Origin: Gemmiger formicilis
GTDB lineage: Bacteria; Bacillota_I; Bacilli_A; RFN20; CAG-826
DNA: 64,000 nucleotides
Assembly: GCA_963626345.1 (NCBI GenBank)
Contig: CAVFXI010000017.1
Location: 14,149-78,148, forward strand
Direction of reading: 5' to 3'
Below, piece by piece: positions 8,833 to 18,644 of this stretch. The notes beneath the pieces are model-generated. The model was not told the origin of the DNA, ran no database searches, and was given only the letters and a program-made list of their open reading frames with translations. Every line of letters begins with the position of its first letter. Position 1 is the stretch's first letter. The position numbers and the translations under genes were made by a program.

Positions 8833-11800
8833 TTGGCATTATTTTTGGAATGAAACTATTGATGTTAAACCAATTGTTTTCTTAACCGGTGTTAATGGTA
8901 GCGGTAAATCAACATTAATTGATGCTATTGAAGTTGTTTTACTTGGCGATACAAGTGGTAGAAGTTTTAATAAAGCTGCTATGGAAAAATCAAGCCGTAC
9001 TTTAAGGGGATATTTAAGAGGAGAAATTGGCGACGATGTTGATAATAACGGATTTAAATATCTTCGTAACGGAAGATTTACTTCTTATATAGTTTTAGAA
9101 ATTTATGATGATGTGAACAAAGAATATTCACTTATGGGTATTGTTTTTGATTCGTTTGAAGATGGTAGTGAAGAACATCATTTCTTCTCTGTTGATGATA
9201 AGATGCCAGAGAATGGATTCGTTGAAAATAAATTACCTTTAGACTATAAACGTTTAAATCAATTCTTAAGCGAAAACTATTCTGGAAAATACCAATTCTT
9301 TGATAGCAATAGACAATATCAAGATTTCTTAAAACGTAAATTTGGCGGATTAAAAGATAAATATTTCAGTCTTTTAAAGAAATCAACATCATTTACCCCA
9401 ATTACAGATATCACGTCATTTATTACACAATATGTTTGTGATCCTCAACAAAATATTGAATTGGGTCATCTTCAAAGCAACATTTTGAATTATAAGAGAC
9501 TTGAAAATGAAGCTGAAAATATTAAAAAACGTGTTGATAGATTAACAGAAATTAAAAATTTATACGATTTATATAAAGCTCATCAAGATAATTTCCAAAT
9601 TTCAAAATATATTATTGAAAAATGTGAACTTGAATCTAGTAAACAAAAGCTTGGTGCGTATAAAGATGAAGTTTTAAAATGCTCTCAAAGAATTCGTGAA
9701 ATTGAATTAGGAATTGCTGAATTTAATGGAAATTTAGCTGAACTTGAAAAACGTAGATTAAGAATTATCCAAGATAAAGCTGATAATGATACAATCCGTT
9801 TAACAGATGAACTTTTGAGCGAAAAGAAAGATGCTGAAGAAAAGATTAAATCAATTCAAAGAGATCAAGATATTGTTACACAAAATCTTACAAAATATTG
9901 TGATGAATATTTGGTTGCTACAACTAATCTCACAAATGAATTAAGTGCGATAAATAAGGATATTTTGGATGAAGATCGTGTTAGAGAACTAATTGATCTT
10001 GAACACGAGGCAATTAAAGTTAAAGATCTTTGCGAAAGCTTCAAAAAAGAAGAACTTAAAAATGTTGCGAATTTAACTAAAGAAAAACTTGAAAACTTTA
10101 GAGTTGTTTTAACATCTTTCAAAAATAAAGTTTCTTCATTATCTGTTTCATTAAGTCGTTCTGTTTTCAATATTGAAAAGAAAATTGCAACTTTAAGAGA
10201 TGATGAGGTCAATATTAAAAAGGGAAGTAAATCTTACGATCAAAGACTTGTTAAAATCAAACATCGTTTAGAAGATGAATTATATGATAAGTATCATAAG
10301 CATATTGATGTTGATATTTTTGCAGATTTGATTGATATAAAAGATTTAAGTTGGAGTAACGCAATTGAAGGTTTCCTTTATGGACAAAAATTCAATTTAT
10401 TTGTTGAACCAAAATATTTCTTGGATGCATATAAAATCTTAAGAAATTTATTACTTGAATATAGATATTATGGAACAAGTTTAGTTGATCAAGAGAGAAT
10501 AATTGAAAAGAATTATGTTGCTCAAAATGGTAGTTTAGCAGATGAAATTATTACCGATCATGAAGGTGCTAGAGCTTATACAAATTATTTAATTGGTCGA
10601 TTATATAAAGCAAACTCCATTGAAGAAGCAAGAAATACCATGAATGGTATTACTAAAAATTGTGATTTATATCGTAATTTTGCTCTTCAACAAATTAATC
10701 CAAAACTTTATCAAGAATCATTCATTGGTCGTACATTAGATCAACGTTTCTTAGAAGAAAAAGGGAAAGAATTAGCTGCTAATATCAAAAACTTAGAAGT
10801 TTATAAAAAGATTAGCGTTTTAATTAATAAAGCTAATGAACTTGAAGTTATTAATACAAACGAAATTGCAAATAACTTCGTTTTAATTGAACGTTCTACA
10901 CAAATTAAAGGTTTAGAAAACACAATTAAATATGTTGAGGACCAACTTAAAGAACACGACACAACTTTAATTGAATCACTTGATAAACGTTTAAAGGATG
11001 TCGAACAAGATATTAAAGATTTGAATGAAAATAAAGAACAATCCTTAATTGAAAAGGGTAATCTTGAAAAAGAAATCGAAAACTTAAAGAAAGAAAAGAT
11101 TGTTCAAGAAGAAAATTCAATTAAAGTAAAAGAAGATAATTTAAAGAATAACTACGATCCATTCATGGTTGATGAAAAAGCTCTTCCTATTTTTAATGAA
11201 GAACTTGAAAAAGGAAAGACTGTTCTTCAAATTTATCAAGAAAACAATGTTAACCTTTCTCGTTTACAATACCTTGTAAATAATATTTTTGGTCAAGTTA
11301 GGGTTTTAAGAAGAGATTATGTTAATGACTACCATCTTTCTTATGATCCTGCTGATGAAAATAATGATAAATATGAAGCTGAACTCGTTGAATTTAGAGA
11401 TGTTGAACTTCCTCAATATCAAGAAAAAATCAATGATAGTTATAATAAAGCAATTCAACAATTTAAGGATGACTTTATCTTTAAATTAAGAAGTGCAATT
11501 GAAGATGTTGAAGATCAAATTGAAAACTTAAATACAGCTTTAGCTCAATCTCAATTTGGTAAAGATTCTTATAGATTCACTGTTAAACCAAGTCAAGTTT
11601 ATCGTAGATATTATGATATGCTTAAAGATGATTTAATTTTGGAAAGTGGCGAAGATGAAACTGAGTTTATCAATAAATATAAAGATGTCATGGAAGATTT
11701 GTTTAAGCAAATCGTCGATATTAATGATAAGGGCGATAAAACAAGCGAATTAATGTCCAACATTGAAAAGTTCACTGATTATCGAAGTTATCTCGACTTT

Positions 11801-12178
11801 GACTTGATTGTTACCAACATTGACACAAAAGATGAGCAAAGACTTTCAAAGATGTTAAAGAAGAAATCTGGTGGTGAAACTCAAACCCCATTCTACATTA
11901 GTGTTCTTTCTTCTTTTGCTCAACTTTATCATGTTCACGAAGAAGGTGAGCTTGCAAATACAATTCGTATTATAATATTTGATGAAGCATTCTCTAAAAT
12001 GGATAGAAATAGAATTAAAGAAGCTGTCCGTTTATTAAGAAAATTCAATTTACAGGTCATTTTAAGTGCTCCAAGCGACAAGGTTGCTGATATTAGCGAA
12101 CTTGTTGATGAAACACTTGTAACTTTACACGACAAAAACAGCAGTTGCGTAAGGCTATATGAAAAAAGGCAAAAATAG
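8801..12178 (+). CDS. jetC: JetC/MksB-like SMC-family ATPase
   Basis: 1125 aa.
- Walker A is G30-T38 (GVNGSGKST).
- Long charged coiled-coil arms.
- Central hinge-like segment with W518-x-x-A-I-E-G-F-L.
- Signature S1023-GGE.
- Walker B is IRIIIFD1061-E1062-AFSKMD.
- The ATG overlaps the jetB-like gene by 32 nt and has AAGGAGGA 8 nt upstream. Confidence 0.8.
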   Translation: MKTITKIRIINWHYFWNETIDVKPIVFLTGVNGSGKSTLIDAIEVVLLGDTSGRSFNKAAMEKSSRTLRGYLRGEIGDDVDNNGFKYLRNGRFTSYIVLEIYDDVNKEYSLMGIVFDSFEDGSEEHHFFSVDDKMPENGFVENKLPLDYKRLNQFLSENYSGKYQFFDSNRQYQDFLKRKFGGLKDKYFSLLKKSTSFTPITDITSFITQYVCDPQQNIELGHLQSNILNYKRLENEAENIKKRVDRLTEIKNLYDLYKAHQDNFQISKYIIEKCELESSKQKLGAYKDEVLKCSQRIREIELGIAEFNGNLAELEKRRLRIIQDKADNDTIRLTDELLSEKKDAEEKIKSIQRDQDIVTQNLTKYCDEYLVATTNLTNELSAINKDILDEDRVRELIDLEHEAIKVKDLCESFKKEELKNVANLTKEKLENFRVVLTSFKNKVSSLSVSLSRSVFNIEKKIATLRDDEVNIKKGSKSYDQRLVKIKHRLEDELYDKYHKHIDVDIFADLIDIKDLSWSNAIEGFLYGQKFNLFVEPKYFLDAYKILRNLLLEYRYYGTSLVDQERIIEKNYVAQNGSLADEIITDHEGARAYTNYLIGRLYKANSIEEARNTMNGITKNCDLYRNFALQQINPKLYQESFIGRTLDQRFLEEKGKELAANIKNLEVYKKISVLINKANELEVINTNEIANNFVLIERSTQIKGLENTIKYVEDQLKEHDTTLIESLDKRLKDVEQDIKDLNENKEQSLIEKGNLEKEIENLKKEKIVQEENSIKVKEDNLKNNYDPFMVDEKALPIFNEELEKGKTVLQIYQENNVNLSRLQYLVNNIFGQVRVLRRDYVNDYHLSYDPADENNDKYEAELVEFRDVELPQYQEKINDSYNKAIQQFKDDFIFKLRSAIEDVEDQIENLNTALAQSQFGKDSYRFTVKPSQVYRRYYDMLKDDLILESGEDETEFINKYKDVMEDLFKQIVDINDKGDKTSELMSNIEKFTDYRSYLDFDLIVTNIDTKDEQRLSKMLKKKSGGETQTPFYISVLSSFAQLYHVHEEGELANTIRIIIFDEAFSKMDRNRIKEAVRLLRKFNLQVILSAPSDKVADISELVDETLVTLHDKNSSCVRLYEKRQK

Positions 12179-12209
12179 TTAATAATATTTCTAAGGAAGG
12201 AGAAATTAT

Positions 12210-13343
12210 ATGGCTAAAAAAGTTGTTGCGATGATTCTTGCTGGTGGAAAGGGTACGCGTCTTCAAGCATTGACAAAGAAGATTGCTAAACCTGCGGTTT
12301 ATTTTGGAGGGAAATATCGTATTATCGATTTTAGTCTTTCCAATGTTGCCAACACTGGTATCTCCCTTTGTGGAGTTTTAACTCAATATGAGTCTGTTGC
12401 TTTAAACAATTATATTGGGGATGGGGAAAAATGGGGCTTTAACGGAGTCCAATCTCTTTGTGTTGCTCTTCCTCCACGTCAAACTGAAGAAGGTTTGAAC
12501 TGGTATGAAGGAACTGCCGATGCAATCTATCAAAATCTTGATTTCTTAGATGGTCAAGATCCAGATTATGTATTAATTTTGTCAGGAGATCATATCTATA
12601 AAACTACTTATAATGAAATGATTGAACTCCATGAGAAAAATAATGCAGCTTGTACAATTAGCGTTATTGAAGTTGATTGGAAAGAGGCTTCAAGATTTGG
12701 TATTTTGGAAGTTGGAGACAATGATAAAATTACAAAATTCGTTGAAAAACCAAAAGAACCAAAATCAAATTTAGCTTCTATGGGTGTCTACATTTTCAAT
12801 TATAAAGAACTTAGAAAAGCTCTTGTTGAAGATCATAAGGATCCAAAGAGTGAACACGATTTTGGAAAGAACATTATTCCAAGTTTCTTAGCTCAAGATA
12901 AGCCAATCTATGCATATAGATTTAAAGGATATTGGAGAGACGTTGGAACTTTACAAAGTTTACATTTAGCAAATATGGAACTTTTACCATCAAAGAGAAA
13001 TAGCGATACTATTGATTTTGATGAATTCCCAACAATTTATTCTGAAGATACTCACTCACAACCACAATTTATTGCAAGTGATGGTGTAGTTAAAGATTGT
13101 TTAGTTAACCAAGGCGCTGTAATTCATGGCGATGTTTACCAATGTGTTATTTCTAATGAAGTAATTGTTGAAAAAGGTGCTATTGTTAAAAATAGTGTTT
13201 TGATGCCAGGTGTTACAATTAGCAAAGATGCCTATGTAAATAATGCAATTATTTCTCCAGGAACTACTATTAAAGAAAAAGAAGTTATAAATAAAGATAG
13301 CAATGATGTTGTATTAATCGACTACGAAAGGAGTTTACAATAA
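12210..13343 (+). CDS. glgC: glucose-1-phosphate adenylyltransferase
   Basis: N-terminal LAGGKGTRL, plus PAVYFGGKYRIIDF and a left-handed beta-helix C-terminus. RBS is AAGGAAGGAG. Confidence 0.95.
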   Translation: MAKKVVAMILAGGKGTRLQALTKKIAKPAVYFGGKYRIIDFSLSNVANTGISLCGVLTQYESVALNNYIGDGEKWGFNGVQSLCVALPPRQTEEGLNWYEGTADAIYQNLDFLDGQDPDYVLILSGDHIYKTTYNEMIELHEKNNAACTISVIEVDWKEASRFGILEVGDNDKITKFVEKPKEPKSNLASMGVYIFNYKELRKALVEDHKDPKSEHDFGKNIIPSFLAQDKPIYAYRFKGYWRDVGTLQSLHLANMELLPSKRNSDTIDFDEFPTIYSEDTHSQPQFIASDGVVKDCLVNQGAVIHGDVYQCVISNEVIVEKGAIVKNSVLMPGVTISKDAYVNNAIISPGTTIKEKEVINKDSNDVVLIDYERSLQ

Positions 13344-13344
13344 T

Positions 13345-14469
13345 ATGAATAATGTAATTGCTCTTATTGATTTACATAATCAATCAAATTTAGGTTTATT
13401 AACAAAAAATCGTCCAATTGCTTCAACTACTTATCTTGGTCGTTATGCATTTATTGATTTTACTTTATCAAATTTAACCAATAGTGGTGTTGATGAAATT
13501 GGTATCTTAGTTAGAGATCATAGTCGTTCGATCATTAAACATCTTGGTGGTAAAAATACTTACTTAAGAAATCCAAAAACTGGATTCCAAAATATTTTCC
13601 TTAATGAAAAAGGGTTATTAAATCCTCAATTAAATACAGATATTCATAATATTATCGAAAATGATTGGTTCTTGTATGATTCCAATGTTAAATATGTCGT
13701 AATTTGCCCAGTTAATTTTATTGGTCATGTCGACTATAACAAAGTTATTGAAGAACATATTAAAGCAAATCGTCAAATGAGTTGCTTAGTTGCAAATGTT
13801 GAAAATGCTGATGATCCATCTTTATATCGTGCAATGCGTTGTGTTGTTGATCCAATAGGTGATGTTCAAAAATTCGAAACAAACGATTGCAGAACTAAAA
13901 AAGCAACAATTTGTCTTGAAGTTTATGTTTTTAATGTTGATTACTTAAAAGAAATTTTAAAGAAAGCTGATGATATTTCGCAAATGTTTACCATCAATGA
14001 TTTAGTTAAGTATTTATCAACATATATTGAAAAAGTTAATGCAATTGAACATAAAGGTGAATTTAGAAGAATTGCAAGTTTAAGTGACTATTTCAATGTT
14101 TCTATGGAAAGTATCGATAATCATAAACTTATGACTGAAACTTTATTCCCAGAAGATTGGCCAATCTATACATTAACTCATGATACACGTCCAGTTTTAT
14201 ATGGTGAAAAATGTAAAGTTAGCAATTCTTTAATTGCTAATGGTTGTACAATCAATGGAACTGTTAAGCATTCGGTTTTATCACGTGATGTTATTGTTGA
14301 AGAAGGCGCAACTGTTGAAAATTGCGTTGTATTTACCAACACTGTTGTTAAAAAAGGTGTTCACCTTAAAAATTGTGTTGTTGATAAACATTGTGTTTTC
14401 GAAACTAAGAAAGATGTTGAAGGAACAAAAGAAGAACCATTATATATCCCACAAGGAGCTCATATTTAG
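13345..14469 (+). CDS. glgD: glucose-1-phosphate adenylyltransferase regulatory subunit GlgD
   Basis: A GlgC paralogue lacking the GGxGxRL loop and positioned between glgC and glgA, as in Bacillota. Confidence 0.85.
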   Translation: MNNVIALIDLHNQSNLGLLTKNRPIASTTYLGRYAFIDFTLSNLTNSGVDEIGILVRDHSRSIIKHLGGKNTYLRNPKTGFQNIFLNEKGLLNPQLNTDIHNIIENDWFLYDSNVKYVVICPVNFIGHVDYNKVIEEHIKANRQMSCLVANVENADDPSLYRAMRCVVDPIGDVQKFETNDCRTKKATICLEVYVFNVDYLKEILKKADDISQMFTINDLVKYLSTYIEKVNAIEHKGEFRRIASLSDYFNVSMESIDNHKLMTETLFPEDWPIYTLTHDTRPVLYGEKCKVSNSLIANGCTINGTVKHSVLSRDVIVEEGATVENCVVFTNTVVKKGVHLKNCVVDKHCVFETKKDVEGTKEEPLYIPQGAHI

Positions 14470-14472
14470 ATT

Positions 14473-15912
14473 ATGAATATTGTAATGGTAGCAAGCGAAG
14501 CTAATCCGATATACAAGACTGGTGGTTTAGCAGACGTAATTTATGCTCTTAGCAAACAATTTGCTAAGATGAATCATAATGTTTCAATTATTGTTCCTTA
14601 TTATACGAAATGTGGTAAATATCAAAAACTTAAAGTAAAACCTGTTTTTAAATTAACTACGTCAATGAATTGGCGTAAGTTTGAATTTGAAGTCTTTAAC
14701 GAAGAGATTGATGGAATCGAATATTTCTTCATTAAAAATGATCAATATTTTGATCGACCAAATTATTATGGTTATTATGATGATGGCGAAAGATTTGCAT
14801 TTTTTGCAAATGCTGCAATTGAAGTTTTGAAGGCTTTGCCTTTCAAAGCGGATATTGTTCATGTTCATGATTGGCAACCTGGTATGATTCCATGTTTGCT
14901 TAAAGAAAAATATAAAGACGAAGAATCATTAAAAGGAATAAAAACTGTTTTAACAATTCATAATCCTTTATTTAAAGGATATATAGGAAGTGGTTCTTTA
15001 TGGGATTTATATGGATTACCATTTAATTTATATGAGAATGGTAATGTTCAGTTTGAAAATCAAGTCTCTACTTTAAAAGCTGCAATTCATTATGCTGATA
15101 AGATTTCTACTGTTTCACCAACTCATGCTTATGAACTTACAACTCCAGAAGGAAGTAAAGGTTTATGGTATGAAATGGTTTTAAGAAAATATGATTTTGA
15201 AGGTATCTTAAACGGCATGGATTATGGAGAATTCAATCCAGCAAAAGATAAATCGATTTATAAAGAATATTCGGTAGATAACGCTCTTGAAGGCAAAAAA
15301 GCTAATAAAGTAGCATTTTGTAAAGAGCATGGGTTAGATCCAAAACTTCCAATGTTTGCTGTAGTTTCAAGATTGACAAATCAAAAAGGTTTGGATTTGA
15401 TGTTCTCCATGGCTGATTTTGTTACGAATAATGGCGGTATTTTTGCTGTTTTAGGTAGTGGCGAAAAATATGCTGAAGATTTCTTTGATAACTTGATTAG
15501 AAGAAACCCAAAACATACTTATGTATATATTGGATATAATGATGATATTGCTCATAAACTTTATGCGGCTAGCGATTTCTTCATCATGCCAAGTGCTTTT
15601 GAACCATGCGGGTTAGGCCAAATGATTGCTCAAAGATATGGAAGTCTTCCAATTGTTAGAAGAACAGGTGGTCTTAAAGACAGTGTCGCGCCATACAATA
15701 TTGAGCTTCATAACGAAAAAACTGCTGATGGATTTGGCTTTGAAAATTATAATGTTATTGATGCAATTGGTTGTTGTTCAAGTGCAATGATTGTTTATAA
15801 CGAAAAGAAAATTCTTAAGTCAATGGTCACTAATGCTATGAAGAGAGATAATACATGGGCTAAGAGCGCTGAAAAATATATCGAACTTTATGAAGGCGCT
15901 TTAAAAAAGTAA
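14473..15912 (+). CDS. glgA: glycogen synthase (ADP-glucose type)
   Basis: N-terminal MVASEANPIYKTGGLADV (KTGGL motif). GT5 C-terminal EPCGLGQM. Confidence 0.95.
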   Translation: MNIVMVASEANPIYKTGGLADVIYALSKQFAKMNHNVSIIVPYYTKCGKYQKLKVKPVFKLTTSMNWRKFEFEVFNEEIDGIEYFFIKNDQYFDRPNYYGYYDDGERFAFFANAAIEVLKALPFKADIVHVHDWQPGMIPCLLKEKYKDEESLKGIKTVLTIHNPLFKGYIGSGSLWDLYGLPFNLYENGNVQFENQVSTLKAAIHYADKISTVSPTHAYELTTPEGSKGLWYEMVLRKYDFEGILNGMDYGEFNPAKDKSIYKEYSVDNALEGKKANKVAFCKEHGLDPKLPMFAVVSRLTNQKGLDLMFSMADFVTNNGGIFAVLGSGEKYAEDFFDNLIRRNPKHTYVYIGYNDDIAHKLYAASDFFIMPSAFEPCGLGQMIAQRYGSLPIVRRTGGLKDSVAPYNIELHNEKTADGFGFENYNVIDAIGCCSSAMIVYNEKKILKSMVTNAMKRDNTWAKSAEKYIELYEGALKK

Positions 15913-15940
15913 AATTTTAAAACTTTAGACTATATCAATA

Positions 15941-15973
15941 AAAGGTCATTTATGAATTTAAATGGCCTTTTTA
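15941..15973 (+). terminator. intrinsic terminator after glgA
   Basis: AAGGTCATTTA-loop-TAAATGGCCTT followed by TTTTT. Confidence 0.55.
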
Positions 15974-16065
15974 AAACCATAAATGACACCTTAAAAGTCA
16001 ACTATGATTGTGGTTATTTATTTGAATTTGTGGTAATATAATTTGGCTAACGTGAACTAATTTAT

Positions 16066-16227
16066 TAAGCGATTTATAGAGAGTTAATGGTTGGTGAAAA
16101 TTAACAATTGCGAAATAAAATCTCATCACAAAAAAGTTAGAAAAAAGAGTGCATTTATTGTTTAATAAATGAATTAAGGTGGTACCGCGTAATTAAACGT
16201 CCTTAAATTGGACGTTTTTGTGTTTTT
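16066..16227 (+). promoter_or_regulatory. T-box leader (Leu specifier) controlling leuS
   Basis: - AGAGA box at 16078-16082.
- Candidate specifier CTC followed by A at 16122-16125.
- T-box core AATTAAGGTGGTACCGCG at 16172-16189. Its UGGU bulge fits a tRNA with an A73 discriminator.
- Terminator AAACGTCC-TTAAATT-GGACGTTT followed by a T-run, 16195-16227. Confidence 0.85.
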
Positions 16228-16241
16228 AAAGGAGAAATGCT

Positions 16242-18644
16242 ATGAGTTACGATTTTATTGCAGTTGAGAAAAAATGGAAAAAGTATTGGATTGACCATAA
16301 GAGTTTCGCTTGTGATACTTATGATTTTAGCAAACCTAAATACTATGTTTTGGATATGTTTCCATATCCATCAGGTGAAGGTTTACATGTTGGTCATCCT
16401 GAAGGTTATACCGCAACTGATGTTGTTGCGCGTATGAAAAGAATGCAAGGATTCAATGTTTTACATCCAATTGGTTGGGATGCTTTTGGTCTTCCTGCAG
16501 AACAATATGCAATGAAGATGAATGAACATCCATGGGGTTTCACTGAGAAAAACATCAACCATTTTAGAGAGCAAATTCAATCATTAGGTTTTTCATATGA
16601 TTATGATAGAGAAGTTACAACTTGCGACCCAACCTACTATAAATGGACTCAATGGATTTTTCTTAAAATGTATGACAAGGGTTTAGCTTATATTGCAAAT
16701 AAACCTGTTAATTTTTGTCCTGCTTTAGGGACTGTTTTGGCTAATGAAGAAGTCATTGATGGTAAATCAGAAAGAGGCGGATTCCCAGTTATTAGAAAGC
16801 CAATGAAACAATGGGTTTTGAAAATTACTGCTTATGCAGATAGACTTGCTAGCGATTTAGAAGATCTTGATTGGCCAAAATCTACTATTGAACTTCAAAG
16901 AAACTGGATTGGGAAATCTAAAGGTACAGTCATTACTTTTAATGTTAAAGGAACTGACAAAACGTTTGAAGTTTTTACAACTAGAGCTGATACTTTATTT
17001 GGTTGTTCATATTGTTGTTTAGCTCCTGAACATCCACTTGTTAAAGAAATTACAACTAAAGAACAAGAAAAAGAAATAAATGAATATATAGAAAAAGCAA
17101 GTTCAAAGAGTGACCTTGATAGAACTGAATTAAATAAAGATAAAACTGGCGTTTTTACTGGAAGTTATGCAATTAATCCAATTAATAATGAAGAAGTTCC
17201 TATTTATATTGCAGATTATGTTTTAGCAAGCTATGGAAGTGGTGCAGTTATGGCCGTTCCAGCTCACGATGAAAGAGATTATGCTTTTGCCAAAAAATAT
17301 AATTTACCAATTAAAAAGGTTATTGAAAGCGATGTTAGCGAAGCTGCTTTTACGGAAGATGGAGTTCATATTAATAGCGATTTCATCAATGGTTTAAATA
17401 TTGCAGATGCTAAAGAAGAAGTTACTTATAAATTAATTGAACTTGGTAAAGGTGATTTTAAAGTTAATTACAAACTTAGAGATTGGTTATTCTCAAGACA
17501 AAGATATTGGGGAGAACCAATTCCAATTTATCATTTTGATGATGGAAGTTTAGGAAGGGTAAAAGATGATGATTTACCACTTGTTTTACCAGAAATGGAT
17601 AAATATGAACCATCTGGAAATGGGGAGTCTCCACTTTCTAGACTTACTGACTGGTTAAATGTTACAGTTGATGGCAAACATGCTTTAAGAGAAACAAATA
17701 CTATGCCTCAATGGGCTGGAAGTTGCTGGTATTTCTTAAGATATATCGATCCACACAATGAAAATGCAATCGCGGATAAAAAACTGTTAGATCATTGGTT
17801 GCCAGTTGATCTTTATGTAGGCGGTCAAGAACACGCTACATTGCATTTACTTTATGCAAGATTTTGGCATAAATTCCTTTATGATGAAGGCGTTGTTAGC
17901 GTTAAAGAACCATTCAAAAAATTATTCCATCAAGGAATGATTTTAGGTGCTAATGGTGAAAAGATGTCTAAATCTAGGGGTAATGTTATTAATCCTGATG
18001 TAGTCGTTAATAAATATGGCGCAGATTCGCTTAGACTTTATGAAATGTTTATGGGACCACTTGAAGCTTCATTACCATGGAGTGATGGTGGACTTGAGGG
18101 TGCAAAGAGATTTATTGATCGTGTTTATAGAATTATTGACACTCCAGAAATGTTTAATAAATTTAAAGACACTAATAGTGGAGAATTAGATTATATTTTC
18201 AATTTTACAGTTAAGAAAGTTACTGAAGATTATGAAAATTTGCAATTTAATACTGCGATTTCACAAATGATGGTTTTTGTAAATGAACTTTATAAAGCAA
18301 AAGAAATTTATAGACCATACTTTGAAGATTTTGTAAAAATGTTTGATTGTGTTTGTCCATTTATGGGTGAAGAAATTTGGAATAAGTTAGGGCATAAAGA
18401 TTTAATTACTTATGAAAAATGGCCAACTTATGATGAAAGCAAACTTGTTTTAAATAAAATTAAGATTGCTGTTCAAGTTAATGGAAAATTAAGAGACACA
18501 ATCGAAATTGAAAAAGATGCGGAAAATAATATTGTTGAAGAAGCTGCATTAAATAGTGAAAACGTTAAGAAAAACATTGATGGTAAGACAATTGTTAAAG
18601 TTATTGTTGTTAAAAATAGAATTGTTAATATAGTGGTGAAATAA
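16242..18644 (+). CDS. leuS: leucine--tRNA ligase
   Basis: 800 aa with HIGH-type [15 protein letters not shown], and a CP1 editing domain. Confidence 0.97.
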   Translation: MSYDFIAVEKKWKKYWIDHKSFACDTYDFSKPKYYVLDMFPYPSGEGLHVGHPEGYTATDVVARMKRMQGFNVLHPIGWDAFGLPAEQYAMKMNEHPWGFTEKNINHFREQIQSLGFSYDYDREVTTCDPTYYKWTQWIFLKMYDKGLAYIANKPVNFCPALGTVLANEEVIDGKSERGGFPVIRKPMKQWVLKITAYADRLASDLEDLDWPKSTIELQRNWIGKSKGTVITFNVKGTDKTFEVFTTRADTLFGCSYCCLAPEHPLVKEITTKEQEKEINEYIEKASSKSDLDRTELNKDKTGVFTGSYAINPINNEEVPIYIADYVLASYGSGAVMAVPAHDERDYAFAKKYNLPIKKVIESDVSEAAFTEDGVHINSDFINGLNIADAKEEVTYKLIELGKGDFKVNYKLRDWLFSRQRYWGEPIPIYHFDDGSLGRVKDDDLPLVLPEMDKYEPSGNGESPLSRLTDWLNVTVDGKHALRETNTMPQWAGSCWYFLRYIDPHNENAIADKKLLDHWLPVDLYVGGQEHATLHLLYARFWHKFLYDEGVVSVKEPFKKLFHQGMILGANGEKMSKSRGNVINPDVVVNKYGADSLRLYEMFMGPLEASLPWSDGGLEGAKRFIDRVYRIIDTPEMFNKFKDTNSGELDYIFNFTVKKVTEDYENLQFNTAISQMMVFVNELYKAKEIYRPYFEDFVKMFDCVCPFMGEEIWNKLGHKDLITYEKWPTYDESKLVLNKIKIAVQVNGKLRDTIEIEKDAENNIVEEAALNSENVKKNIDGKTIVKVIVVKNRIVNIVVK

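Noticed and set aside
8801-12178. Reading the 1125-aa ATPase as SbcC/Rad50, RecN, canonical Smc or a Lamassu LmuB-type protein.
   Set aside because: - There is no Mre11/SbcD-like nuclease partner.
- There is no CxxC zinc hook in the middle.
- It is too long for RecN.
- There is no canonical Smc glycine-rich hinge and no adjacent scpAB.
- The FDEAFSKMD Walker B/D-loop and the two upstream partner genes of kleisin-like and KITE-like size fit the MksB/JetC group better.
- This is a judgement by eye, not an HMM result.
12210-15912. Whether any ORF downstream of the jetC-like gene, or upstream (5669-6485), could be a disguised JetD.
   Set aside because: The downstream ORFs are unambiguous GlgC, GlgD and GlgA. 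The upstream ORFs are L28 and YbaK. None has a Toprim-like or DUF3322-like size or pattern.
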